From Verrucomicrobiota bacterium (GTDB lineage: Bacteria > Verrucomicrobiota > Verrucomicrobiia > Opitutales > UBA953): a stretch of 64,000 nt of DNA. Positions within the stretch are counted from its first letter, which is position 1. Each line of letters begins with the position of its first letter. Positions 55,146 through 64,000 of this stretch are shown piece by piece. The position numbers and the translations under genes are program-made. The notes beneath the pieces were generated by a model. That model searched no databases and was not told the DNA's origin. It saw nothing but the letters and a program-made list of their open reading frames with translations. The stretch covers positions 5,550-69,549 of the forward strand of contig JBJOMV010000002.1 in the NCBI GenBank assembly GCA_046052185.1, written 5' to 3'.

Positions 55146-56528
55146 TCAGGCGACGCCGGTCGCCTGCAGGATCTTCGCGTGCACCTGGTCGTTCCGCAGG
55201 TGCGGGGTGAACAGCTGCGAGCCCGGGCCACTGGAGCAGAACTCCACCATCTCGCCGGTGTGATTATTGCTGGTCCAGCCGATCGAGGTGTACTTCATCA
55301 GCGCGGCGGAGAGCGTCTTCGTCGAAACGATCTTGGCCCGGTCCTCGGCCTTGAACTTCAAGCCCGTCGCCTGCTCGGCGGCGCCGACGAAGTCCTTCGC
55401 GGCGAGCCCCTTGGTCTTGGCGCCAAGCAGCTCGAGCGACGACGTGAAAGCGGTCATCCGGTCGAAGGCCGGGGAGGACTCGGCGTACGACGGCGCGGAC
55501 GTGTCGAAGTCTTCGCTACCGAGACCATTGACGTTGAAGCCGCCGGTACCGTGGTCAGTCGTGACGATCAGCAAGGTGTCAGGGTTCTTATCGACGAAAG
55601 CGAGGACGGTGGCGATAGCCTCGTCGAAGGCGACCTGCTCGCGGATGGCGGCGGCGCCGTCATTGCCGTGGGCGGCGTGGTCGATGCGACCGCCCTCGAC
55701 CATCAGGAAGAATCCTTCGGGGGCGGAGCTGAGGCGCCGCAGGGCGACCTTGGTCATCTCGGCGAGCGTCGGGGTCGAAGCCTTGAGTTCGGCCGAGTTC
55801 AGGCGGTCGATCTCGAACGGGATATGGCTCTTGCTGAAAAGACCCAGCAACGGCGCCTTGCCGGCGTCGGCCAGAAGCTGATCGCGGTCGAGGGCGATGC
55901 CGTAGCCGGCCTTACGGTAAGCGGCCTGGAGGTCGGCGCTGAAATACTGGGTGCCGCCCCCGAGGACGACGTCCACGCCGCGCTCGAGATACTGGGCGGC
56001 GATCGTCTTCTGGTCGGAGCGCTTGGCGACGGTGACGGCGAAGCCGGCCGGGGTCGCGTGCGTGGCGGTGGCGGTGGTGACGAGGCCGCAGCGTTTCTTG
56101 GCGGCGTTCATCTTCTGCACCAGCGTGACGGGCTTGCGACCGTCCTGCGTGATGTTCAGCACGCCGTTATCGATGCGCTCGCCGATACCCCAGCAGCTGG
56201 CCGCGGCGGCGGAGTCGGTCACGATGCCGCTGGCGGAGTCGGTCTCGCAGAGCGAGCGGACGACCGGTCGCTCGGCATACATCTTCATCCAATGCGAGGA
56301 ACGCTTCTCCGTGCGGGTGAGATAGGTCTGCGCGGCGGTGAGCACCGAGAAGCACATGCCGTCCGAGACCATGAAGATCACGTTCTTGGCTTGGCGCTTG
56401 GCGGAGTTGGCGGAGGCCTCGCGACCATCGGCGCCGAGGGCGCGGGCCGAGCCGGCGCCGAAGACAAGGCTGCCGAGACCGGCGAACTTCAGGAAGTCAC
56501 GACGCGAAGAGGAACGGGGCTGGCTCAT
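55146..56528 (-). CDS. alkaline phosphatase (PhoA family) with Tat signal
   Basis: SRRDFLKFAGLG twin-arginine leader, an FMVSDGM catalytic Ser block and DHAAH/TTDHGTGG metal ligands. Confidence 0.88.
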   Translation of the reverse strand: MSQPRSSSRRDFLKFAGLGSLVFGAGSARALGADGREASANSAKRQAKNVIFMVSDGMCFSVLTAAQTYLTRTEKRSSHWMKMYAERPVVRSLCETDSASGIVTDSAAAASCWGIGERIDNGVLNITQDGRKPVTLVQKMNAAKKRCGLVTTATATHATPAGFAVTVAKRSDQKTIAAQYLERGVDVVLGGGTQYFSADLQAAYRKAGYGIALDRDQLLADAGKAPLLGLFSKSHIPFEIDRLNSAELKASTPTLAEMTKVALRRLSSAPEGFFLMVEGGRIDHAAHGNDGAAAIREQVAFDEAIATVLAFVDKNPDTLLIVTTDHGTGGFNVNGLGSEDFDTSAPSYAESSPAFDRMTAFTSSLELLGAKTKGLAAKDFVGAAEQATGLKFKAEDRAKIVSTKTLSAALMKYTSIGWTSNNHTGEMVEFCSSGPGSQLFTPHLRNDQVHAKILQATGVA

Positions 56529-56604
56529 GGTTCGGGTATAGGCTCAAAGGACCCCGCCGGGCAATCTCAGTTCCCCGGGGAGTCCGTGAAAACGGCCTGA
56601 CGGG

Positions 56605-58497
56605 TCAGGCCTGCGGGGCGGCCGGGGCGGCGGGAGCCGTCGGGACGTGCGCCTTGAGGCGACGTTCGGCGACTTCGGCGGACACCAAGGCCACGAATTC
56701 GGCCAGGGTCCGGTTGCCTTCGAAGGACTTGTCGGCGCGGGAGCGGACGTTGACCACGCCGGCTTCCTTCTCCTTGGCGCCCACGACGAGCATGTGCGGG
56801 ACCTTGGACATCTCGGCGCGGCGGATCTTGGCGCCGAGCTTGTCGGACGAACCGTCGACGCTGCAGCGGATCTTGGCGGCCTTGAGGACCTCGGCCATGG
56901 CTTCGCAATCGGCGTTGAGGTCGTCGTTGAGCGGGATGAGGCGCACCTGCTCGGGCGAAAGCCAGGTCGGGAAGTCGCCGGCGAAGTGCTCGATCAGGAT
57001 GCCGACGAAGCGCTCCATCGAACCGAAGGGGGCGCGGTGGATCATCACCGGACGGTGCGGCTTGTTGTCGGCGCCGTTGTAGGTGAGGTCGAAACGCTCG
57101 GGCAGGTTGAAGTCGACCTGCACGGTGCCGAGCTGCCACTCGCGGCCGATGACGTCCTTGACGACGAAGTCGATCTTAGGTCCGTAGAACGCGGCTTCAC
57201 CAGGTTCTTCGGAAAACGCGACGCCGAGGGTCGCGGCGGCGGAACGGCAGGCGGCCTCGGCCTTGTCCCAGTTCTCGGCGGTGCCGGTATACTTGGCGGA
57301 GTCAGGATTACGCAGGCCGACGCGCACGCGGTAGTCATGCAGGCCGAGCGTCTTGAGGACGATCTTGACGAGCTCGAGGCAGCCGAGGACTTCCGGGAGG
57401 ACCTGGTCTTCGGTGCAGAAAAGGTGGGCGTCATCCTGGGTGAAACCACGGACGCGGGTCATGCCGCTCAGCTCGCCGGACTGCTCCCAGCGGTAGACCG
57501 TGCCGAATTCGGCGAGGCGCACCGGCAGGTCGCGGTAGGAATGAGGCTGCGAAGCGTAGATGCGGATGTGGTGCGGGCAGTTCATCGGCTTCAGCAGGAA
57601 GCCCTGCACGGTGCCGTCGGCCAGTCGGTTGGTCAGTTCGCCGCAACCGCAGCCTTCCTTGGCGAGCATCTCCATGGCCTCGCGTTCGACGAGGGGCGGG
57701 AACTGGGCGTCCTTGTAATAAGGGAAGTGGCCCGAGGTGCGGTAGAGGTCCAGGTTGCCGATGTGCGGCGTGAAGACCTGCTTGTAGCCGGTCTGGAAGA
57801 GGCGCTCGGAGATGAAGTTCTGGAGCTCCTGACGGACGATCGCGCCGTTGGGCGTCCAGAGGATGAGGCCCTGGCCCACCTTTTCGTCGATGTGGAAGAG
57901 CTTCAGTTCCTTGCCCAGCTTACGGTGGTCGCGCTTCTTGGCTTCTTCGGCGCGGACCATGGCCTGTTCGAGTTCGTCCTTGGTCGCGTAAGCGGTGCCG
58001 TAGATGCGCTGGAGCTGCTTGTTCTTCTCGTCACCGCGGTGGTAGGCGCCGGCGATGTGCAGGAGCTTGAACGCCTTCACCTGCGAGGTGTAGCGGACGT
58101 GGCTGCCGGCGCAGAGGTCGACGAACTCACCGTTCTTGTAGAAGGAGATGGTCTCGCCGGCGGGGATGTCGCCGAGGCGGCCGATCTTGTAGGCGTTCTG
58201 GCCGCGCTCGAGGATGAGTTTCTCGGCTTCTTCGCGGGTGCACTCGAAGCGTTCGAACTTCTGGTTCTCCTTGGAGATGCGGCGCATCTCTTCCTCGATC
58301 TTCACCAGGTCTTCGGCGGTGAAGGTGTGGTCGAGGTCGAAGTCGTAGTAGAAGCCGTTGTCGGTGGGCGGCCCGATGTCCAGCTGCGCCTGGGGGAACA
58401 GGCGGAGCACGGCGGCGCCCAGCATGTGGGCGGCGGAGTGACGGATCTCCTCGAGGGGAGTCATCTGCGGGCGGGAGGACATGGCGGAAGACCCCAC
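56605..58497 (-). CDS. thrS: threonine--tRNA ligase (no N-terminal TGS domain)
   Basis: 630 aa. It begins near the editing-domain HSAAHMLG block. Class II motifs and the anticodon-binding domain are present. Confidence 0.92.
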   Translation of the reverse strand: MGSSAMSSRPQMTPLEEIRHSAAHMLGAAVLRLFPQAQLDIGPPTDNGFYYDFDLDHTFTAEDLVKIEEEMRRISKENQKFERFECTREEAEKLILERGQNAYKIGRLGDIPAGETISFYKNGEFVDLCAGSHVRYTSQVKAFKLLHIAGAYHRGDEKNKQLQRIYGTAYATKDELEQAMVRAEEAKKRDHRKLGKELKLFHIDEKVGQGLILWTPNGAIVRQELQNFISERLFQTGYKQVFTPHIGNLDLYRTSGHFPYYKDAQFPPLVEREAMEMLAKEGCGCGELTNRLADGTVQGFLLKPMNCPHHIRIYASQPHSYRDLPVRLAEFGTVYRWEQSGELSGMTRVRGFTQDDAHLFCTEDQVLPEVLGCLELVKIVLKTLGLHDYRVRVGLRNPDSAKYTGTAENWDKAEAACRSAAATLGVAFSEEPGEAAFYGPKIDFVVKDVIGREWQLGTVQVDFNLPERFDLTYNGADNKPHRPVMIHRAPFGSMERFVGILIEHFAGDFPTWLSPEQVRLIPLNDDLNADCEAMAEVLKAAKIRCSVDGSSDKLGAKIRRAEMSKVPHMLVVGAKEKEAGVVNVRSRADKSFEGNRTLAEFVALVSAEVAERRLKAHVPTAPAAPAAPQA

Positions 58498-58550
58498 TCG
58501 CTAGGGCTTCCCGAGGCGAAGGGCAAGGACGGAGCAAGCCGCCCTCCCCT

Positions 58551-59981
58551 TCAGGCCTTCTTCAGATCGTAGCCGTCCTTGCGGTCCAGCATCGTCCAAC
58601 CGAGCGCGGTCAGGTCCTTGCGGAGCTGGTCGGCGGCGGCGAAATCCTTGGACTGCTTGGCGGCCCAGCGACGGGCGCCCAGTTCGGCGACTTCGGCCGG
58701 GATGGCGACCTCGGCCTTGGCGGCGAAAAGCTGGAGGCCGAGGGCGAAGAGGATCTTGGCGAGACCGGAGACATCCTGCCGGGCCTGTTCGGCCGTCGGT
58801 TCGTCCTTCTCGGCGAGCACGGTGAAGACCTGGCCGAGGCAGCCCGGGATGTTCAGGTCGTCCTGCAGCACTTCCCAGGCCTTGGCGAAGCGACCCCATG
58901 AGGTCTGGACTTCCTGCGTAGCGGGCGCGACGAATTCGGCGCGGGTGAAACCGGCGGCGGCCAGGAGACGGTCGGCGCCGCGCTCGAGCTTGGCGAGGGC
59001 GGAACGGGAATCGTCGACGCCCTTCATGGTGAAGTTGAGCGAGCTGCGATAGTGACCGGAGATCAGCGTGTAGCGGACCTCCATCGGCGAGAAGCCTTTG
59101 GCGACGAGTTCGTCGAGCGTGTAGAGGTTGCCCTTGCTCTTGGACATCTTCTCGCCCTCGACCATCAGGTGCGCGCTATGGAACCAGTGCGCGGCGAAGC
59201 CCTTCACGCCGGTGGCGCATTCGGACTGGGCGATCTCGTTCTCGTGGTGCGGGAAGCAGAGGTCGATGCCGCCGCCATGCAGGTCGAAGGTGGCGCCGAG
59301 GTGCGCGAGCGACATGGCCGAGCACTCGATATGCCAGCCGGGACGGCCTTCACCCCAGGGGGACGGCCAGAAGTTGGCGCCGTCCTCAGGCTTACGGGAT
59401 TTCCAGAGCGCGAAGTCGGAGGCCGACTCACGTTCGTATTCGTCGGCGTCGTTGGCCTCGCCGGCGGAGTTCTCGGCCTGGGTCTCGAGCTTGGAGAAAT
59501 CGATGTGGTTCAGTTTGCCGTAATCGGCGCAGGTGCAGACCTTGAAGTAGACCGAACCGTCCTTGGCGACGTAGGCATGGCCGCGGTCGACGAGGGCCTT
59601 GATCATCGCGACCTGCTGCGGGATGTGCTCCACCGCGCTCGGCTCGACGTGCGGAGGCAGGAGGCCGAGGGCGAGGCAGTCGGCGTGGAACTTGTCGGTC
59701 CACTTCTTGGTGAAGACCCCGAGGGTCTGCCCGGAGGCCTGCGCGCCGCGGATGGTCTTGTCATCGACGTCGGTGATATTGCGGACATGCTTCACCTTCA
59801 GGCCGGCGACCTCGAGGGTGCGGCGCAGGACGTCCTGGACGGTGAACGTACGGAAGTTGCCGATGTGGGCCGGGCCGTAGACCGTGGGTCCGCAGCAATA
59901 CATGCCATAGATTTCGCGGCCGGGCTTCGGGAGCAGCGGCCGCTTCTCGCGGGACATGGTGTCATGCAGGAACACGGGCAT
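58551..59981 (-). CDS. cysS: cysteine--tRNA ligase
   Basis: 476 aa with a HIGH variant (PAHIGN), KMSKS and the zinc-site context CGPTVYG. Confidence 0.93.
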   Translation of the reverse strand: MPVFLHDTMSREKRPLLPKPGREIYGMYCCGPTVYGPAHIGNFRTFTVQDVLRRTLEVAGLKVKHVRNITDVDDKTIRGAQASGQTLGVFTKKWTDKFHADCLALGLLPPHVEPSAVEHIPQQVAMIKALVDRGHAYVAKDGSVYFKVCTCADYGKLNHIDFSKLETQAENSAGEANDADEYERESASDFALWKSRKPEDGANFWPSPWGEGRPGWHIECSAMSLAHLGATFDLHGGGIDLCFPHHENEIAQSECATGVKGFAAHWFHSAHLMVEGEKMSKSKGNLYTLDELVAKGFSPMEVRYTLISGHYRSSLNFTMKGVDDSRSALAKLERGADRLLAAAGFTRAEFVAPATQEVQTSWGRFAKAWEVLQDDLNIPGCLGQVFTVLAEKDEPTAEQARQDVSGLAKILFALGLQLFAAKAEVAIPAEVAELGARRWAAKQSKDFAAADQLRKDLTALGWTMLDRKDGYDLKKA

Positions 59982-60034
59982 AGGCCGTGGAGTTAGCGAA
60001 CCTTGCCCCCGCTGGGCGAGTCGGAACTACGGCG

Positions 60035-60817
60035 TCACCGCTGGAGCACGCGGACGTAATCGACCCGGAACTGGGCCGGAAAACGCGTGTCCGCCCCGAC
60101 CGGGCCGCCGAAGCCTCCGCCGACGGCGAGGTTCAGCACCAGGAAATATTTCTGGTCGAACGGGGCCGGAAAAGGCCCGCCGGACGAGCTCCACTCCTTC
60201 TGCTCCTGTACTTGGACGTCGTCGACGAACCAGCGGATCGCCCCGGCCTCCCACTCGACGGCGAAACGATGGAAGCCGTCCGTGAAGTCGCCCTTCGGCA
60301 GGCGATACGGTTTTCCTTTGTAGATGTTCTTCGGCCATGGGGCGCCGTAATGCAGCGTCCCATGGACCTGGTCAGGCTCGTGGCCCTTGAACTCCATGAT
60401 GTCGATCTCCCCGCTCGCGGCCCATCCGCCGTATTTCTCCTCGGAAGGCAGCATCCAGAAAGCCGGCCACAGGCCCTTCCCTGCCGGCAACCGGGCCGAC
60501 ATCTCAAAACGTCCGTAAAGCCAGTCGGCGCGCCGCTTGGTGCGGATGCGCGCGGACGAGTAATCCTTCAGCACGCCGGCCATGTTCAGCTTCTCCTTGC
60601 GGGCTTCGAGGATGAGGTGGCCGCCTTCGACCCGCAGATTCTGAGGACGGTCCAGATAGTACTGGAGCTCGCCGTTCCCGCCGCCGTGTCCGTTCTCCTC
60701 GGCCGACCACTTCGTCCAGTCGAGCTCCCGGCCGTTGAAATCATCGCGCCAGACCTCGCGCCATTCGGCGGCCAGGATGACCGTGGGCAGGAGCAGCAAC
60801 AGGCCGGGGAATCGCAT
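60035..60817 (-). CDS. secreted glycoside hydrolase family 16 (beta-glucanase/laminarinase-like)
   Basis: 260 aa with a signal peptide. The GH16 catalytic motif is EIDIMEF. Confidence 0.88.
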   Translation of the reverse strand: MRFPGLLLLLPTVILAAEWREVWRDDFNGRELDWTKWSAEENGHGGGNGELQYYLDRPQNLRVEGGHLILEARKEKLNMAGVLKDYSSARIRTKRRADWLYGRFEMSARLPAGKGLWPAFWMLPSEEKYGGWAASGEIDIMEFKGHEPDQVHGTLHYGAPWPKNIYKGKPYRLPKGDFTDGFHRFAVEWEAGAIRWFVDDVQVQEQKEWSSSGGPFPAPFDQKYFLVLNLAVGGGFGGPVGADTRFPAQFRVDYVRVLQR

Positions 60818-60919
60818 GCCGGATGATGCCGGCCCCGCCCCGGCTTCCTCAAGGTCATAAACGGGCTTCCGGCTTGTTCCCCCGTCGAAATACCACGATG
60901 ATTCGCTCCACTCACCCCC

Positions 60920-62209
60920 ATGAAACTAGGCACCAAATCCCTGCACGCCGGCCAGAAACCCGACCCGACCACCGGTTCGCGCGCCGTCCCGATCTACCAG
61001 ACCACGAGCTACCAGTTCCGCGACACGGAACACGCCGCGAACCTCTTCGGCCTGAAGGAGCTCGGCAACATCTACACCCGCATCATGAACCCGACGACGG
61101 ACGTCCTCGAGCAGCGCCTCGCGGCCCTCGAAGGCGGCTCCGGCGCGCTCGCCCACGCCTCGGGTCAGGCGGCGATCACCGCGGCTATCCTGAACGTCGC
61201 GGGCGCCGGCGACCATATCGTCTCGGTCTCCCAGCTCTACGGAGGCACCTATAATCTCTTCCACTACACCTTGCCGAAGCTCGGCATCCAGGTGTCGTTC
61301 GTCGACGGCGACGATCCCGAGAACTTCCGCAAGGCCGTGAAGCCGAACACGAAGGCTTTCTACGGGGAAGGCCTCGGCAACCCGCGCCTGAACATCTTCC
61401 CCTTCGCCGAAGTGGGTAAGATCGCCAAGGAAGTCGGCGTCCCCCTCATCATCGACAACACCGCCCTCTCGCCCTACCTGAACCGCCCGTTCGAGCACGG
61501 CGCCAACATCGTCGTCCACTCGGCGACCAAGCACATCGGCGGCCACGGCACGTCCATCGGCGGTATCGTCGTCGACGGCGGCAACTTCGACTGGGGCAAC
61601 GGCCGGTTCCCCGGCTTCACCGAGCCGGACATGTCCTACCACGGCCTGCCGCACTGGGAGGCTTTCAAGGCCTTCGCCCCGGCCGGCGGCGCGAACATCG
61701 CCTTCATCATGAAGATGCGCCTGCAGTTCCTCCGCGACGTCGGCAGCTGCCTCTCGCCCTTCAACGCGTTCCTGCTCCTGCAGGGCCTCGAGACCTTGCA
61801 CCTGCGCATGGAGCGCCACTGCGCCAACGCGATGAAGGTCGCCCAGTTCCTCGAAGCCCATCCGAAGGTGAAGTGGACCAACTACCCGGGCCTGAAGTCT
61901 TCGAAATATCATGATCTCGCCAAGAAATACCTGAACAATGGTTACGGCGCGCTGGTCGGCTTCGGCCTGAAGTCCGGCCTCGACGGCGGACGCAGGTTCA
62001 TCGACTCCCTCGTCCTGCACAGCCACGTCGCCAACATCGGCGACGCCCGTTCGCTGGCGATCCACCCGGCCTCGACGACGCATTCGCAGCTCACCGCCGC
62101 GGAACGCGACAGCGCCGGGGTGACCGACGATTACGTCCGCCTCTCCGTGGGGATCGAGGATATCGAGGACATCCTCGCCGACCTCGAGCAGGCGCTGGCC
62201 AAGGCCTGA
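60920..62209 (+). CDS. metY: O-acetylhomoserine aminocarboxypropyltransferase (sulfhydrylase)
   Basis: 429 aa. It has the Cys/Met-metabolism PLP-enzyme block [10 protein letters not shown] (PLP Lys) and typical MetY length. Confidence 0.9.
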   Translation: MKLGTKSLHAGQKPDPTTGSRAVPIYQTTSYQFRDTEHAANLFGLKELGNIYTRIMNPTTDVLEQRLAALEGGSGALAHASGQAAITAAILNVAGAGDHIVSVSQLYGGTYNLFHYTLPKLGIQVSFVDGDDPENFRKAVKPNTKAFYGEGLGNPRLNIFPFAEVGKIAKEVGVPLIIDNTALSPYLNRPFEHGANIVVHSATKHIGGHGTSIGGIVVDGGNFDWGNGRFPGFTEPDMSYHGLPHWEAFKAFAPAGGANIAFIMKMRLQFLRDVGSCLSPFNAFLLLQGLETLHLRMERHCANAMKVAQFLEAHPKVKWTNYPGLKSSKYHDLAKKYLNNGYGALVGFGLKSGLDGGRRFIDSLVLHSHVANIGDARSLAIHPASTTHSQLTAAERDSAGVTDDYVRLSVGIEDIEDILADLEQALAKA

Positions 62210-62231
62210 GCGCCGTACCATCGACCGATCA

Positions 62232-62258
62232 GGGCGGGCCGTCTGGCCCGCCCTTTTT
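62232..62258 (+). terminator. rho-independent terminator
   Basis: GGGCGGGCC-GTCT-GGCCCGCCC followed by TTTTT. It abuts the stop of the convergent gene. Confidence 0.85.
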
Positions 62259-64000
62259 CATGCCTGCCGCCTGGCGCCGTCGAAGTCGTGGTACTCCAGG
62301 AACTGCCGCGCGCCCTCGTCGCCCATGTAGGCGGCGAGCAGCTTCGGGTCCGTCTGGGTGAGGTCCACGACGATGAGGCCGTCCAAGCAGCCGCCGAAGC
62401 CTTCGTCGACGTTGAAGGCGATGAGCCGACCGTTGAGCTTGAGGTAGTGCTTCAGCAACACCGGCACGGCCTTGGCGTCGGGCTCGAGGTCGCTGACGAG
62501 GCTGGAGACATGCTCGAGGTCGAAGGCACAGCGCTGCAGGACGTCGAGATCGGCGTCATGCAGGCTCATCGAACGCGGCGGATTCTTGGCCCGCACCAAC
62601 GGCAGGAGATCATCCGCCGAGCGGTTGTTCTTCAGATAAGAGAGGATGAGTTCCTTGGAAGCCTGGCCATATTCCGGATTGATGCTCACGGGCCCGAACA
62701 AGAGGTGATACTTCGGGAAACGGACGACATAGCGGCCGATGCCGCGCCAGAGCAACGGGAGGCTCGTGGGCTTGCGCTGGTATTCCTGACGGATGAACGA
62801 ACGCCCCATCTCGAGGGCAGGGTCCATGCGGCGGAAGAAGTCGCCCTTGAACTCGAAGAGCGTCGAGGTGTAGAGGCCGTGCTTGCCTTGGAGGGGCAGG
62901 ATACGGTCCGTCGGGCCAAGACGATACCCGCCGACGATCGCCGATGCTTTGTCATCCCACAGCACCATCTGATCATACCACGCGTCGAAGGCATCCAGGT
63001 CGCACTCGAGGCCCGTGCCTTCGGAGACCGAACGGAACGTCGTCTCCCGGAGACGGCCGATCTCGCGGAGCGTGTGCGGCAGGTCCTTGCCGAGGAAGCG
63101 GTAGACCTTGAAGTCGCCGCTGGTCAGCAGCAGGTCCTCGGGAGGCAGGCCCTGCAGTTCGGCCCGGAGCAACGCCGGATTCACCGGCGGGATGATCGGC
63201 GCTTGCGGGGCGGCTGGCTTGACAGGCGCGGCCTTTTCCTTGGCCGACCGGCTGGCCAGGAGTTCGCAGCGCAGCCGCAGGAAGCTCGTGGCCTCCTCGT
63301 CGTCAGGATGGTCCGCCAGCTGGGCGGGCGTCACCGGGTTGGCAGTGCGCAGACGGATCACCTTGCCCCGATGGTGAAGGAATTCCCGCAGGAGCAGCAT
63401 CGTCCGCAGACGGGGATGCACCAAGCCGAAGGACTGGAACAGGCCGGAGTTGCGGCCTTCGATCCGCAGCGGCACCAGCGATGCGCCGACCTTGCGGGCC
63501 ATACGCACCACCTGCGGCGACCAGACCGGATCGTCCACGCGTCGGGACTTGAGTCGGAGGCTCGAGACTTCACCGGCCGGAAAAGTCAGGACGCATCCCC
63601 CGGCGCGAAGGTGCGCCAGGATCCGCCGCGTGCCGGCGATGTTACCCGGATCGGAACCGTCGGGACTGAAGGGATTGACCTCGATGAGCCACGGGCGGAT
63701 GCCCGGGATCTGGCTGAGCCAGCGGTTGCCGACGACGAGCGCATCCGGCCGGGCGCGCAGGAGGAAGTCCATCGCGACCAGGCCGTCGGCGAGTCCGTGC
63801 GGATGATTGGCGACCACGACCAGCGGGCCGGACTTCGGGATGCGGGCCAGACATCGGTCGCTCCAGGTGTTGCTCAGGCCGGCCTGCTCCATCGCCGAAG
63901 TGAAGAAATCCGGACGGCCCGCCGCATGGATGCGCTCCAGGAACGCGTCGAAGGCCCGGACCTTGAAGAAGCGGTCGAGGACCGGTTCCGCCCAAGCAAG
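62258..64000 (-). CDS. bifunctional acyltransferase (PlsC-like domain plus OlsB/GNAT-like domain; OlsF-like), N-terminus outside the window
   Basis: The reading frame stays open upstream of Met 63892 to the window edge (…PVLDRFFKVRAFDAFLERIHAAGRPDFFTSAMEQ…). VVANHPHGLADG is the acyltransferase block. The C-terminal half is an aminolipid N-acyltransferase-like GNAT (LRETTFRSVSEGTG). Confidence 0.75.
   Translation of the reverse strand, partial: LAWAEPVLDRFFKVRAFDAFLERIHAAGRPDFFTSAMEQAGLSNTWSDRCLARIPKSGPLVVVANHPHGLADGLVAMDFLLRARPDALVVGNRWLSQIPGIRPWLIEVNPFSPDGSDPGNIAGTRRILAHLRAGGCVLTFPAGEVSSLRLKSRRVDDPVWSPQVVRMARKVGASLVPLRIEGRNSGLFQSFGLVHPRLRTMLLLREFLHHRGKVIRLRTANPVTPAQLADHPDDEEATSFLRLRCELLASRSAKEKAAPVKPAAPQAPIIPPVNPALLRAELQGLPPEDLLLTSGDFKVYRFLGKDLPHTLREIGRLRETTFRSVSEGTGLECDLDAFDAWYDQMVLWDDKASAIVGGYRLGPTDRILPLQGKHGLYTSTLFEFKGDFFRRMDPALEMGRSFIRQEYQRKPTSLPLLWRGIGRYVVRFPKYHLLFGPVSINPEYGQASKELILSYLKNNRSADDLLPLVRAKNPPRSMSLHDADLDVLQRCAFDLEHVSSLVSDLEPDAKAVPVLLKHYLKLNGRLIAFNVDEGFGGCLDGLIVVDLTQTDPKLLAAYMGDEGARQFLEYHDFDGARRQA

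Noticed and set aside
56595-56612. GGCCTGAC-GG-GTCAGGCC hairpin sharing the GGCCTGAC core with the island module
   Set aside because: The shared core is only 8 nt, sits in a GC-rich context and overlaps the thrS stop region. It is most simply a terminator-like hairpin, and there is no further similarity to the 213-bp module.
60818-60919. SAM riboswitch upstream of metY
   Set aside because: I could not find SAM-I, SAM-II or SAM-SAH consensus elements. The only structure is a short GCCGG-N7-CCGGC hairpin. A covariance-model scan would be needed to be sure.

Overview
High-GC bacterial chromosomal segment. Spot counts put most genes at roughly 65-78% GC. Gene content looks like a PVC-superphylum, probably Verrucomicrobiota (Opitutae-like), glycan-degrading heterotroph; this assignment is inference only. 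I call about 55 protein genes. Housekeeping genes: nadD-rsfS, lpxI, panB-gpsA, a purA-like gene, dnaA with a candidate oriC/promoter region, dus, rarA, msrA, glnD, cysE, thrS, cysS, metY, lexA, and thiC behind a TPP riboswitch. There is a secreted glycan/sialoglycan-degradation neighbourhood (13.6-27.9 kb): sialate O-acetylesterases, a BNR sialidase-like protein, a sulfatase, an alpha/beta hydrolase, a Gfo/Idh/MocA oxidoreductase and a sugar-phosphate isomerase. A complete D-glucarate catabolic operon lies at 28.0-33.3 kb. No rRNA, tRNA, CRISPR array, transposase or integrase was seen. The clearest anomaly is a 2.9-kb AT-rich insertion (16002-18880). It is bounded by a perfect 20-bp direct repeat that duplicates half of a terminator. 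It carries two minus-strand genes: a secreted protein with a sorting-signal-like C-terminus and a membrane-anchored HEAT-repeat protein. Each gene is preceded, at the same distance, by a 213-bp module of about 89% identity. The module contains a promoter-like element, an 11-nt long-range inverted repeat and a conserved 49-codon opposite-strand ORF. Other items worth a second look: a C4/G4 hexamer tract and other short tandem repeats in intergenic spacers, a bacterial-type PARG divergent from an HDAC-like gene, a SET-domain gene translationally coupled to gpsA, a long PurA-like protein, an esterase-HExxH fusion, and tandem Cheo-like palindromes in the lexA promoter. The many long antisense ORFs in the track are GC-driven shadows.
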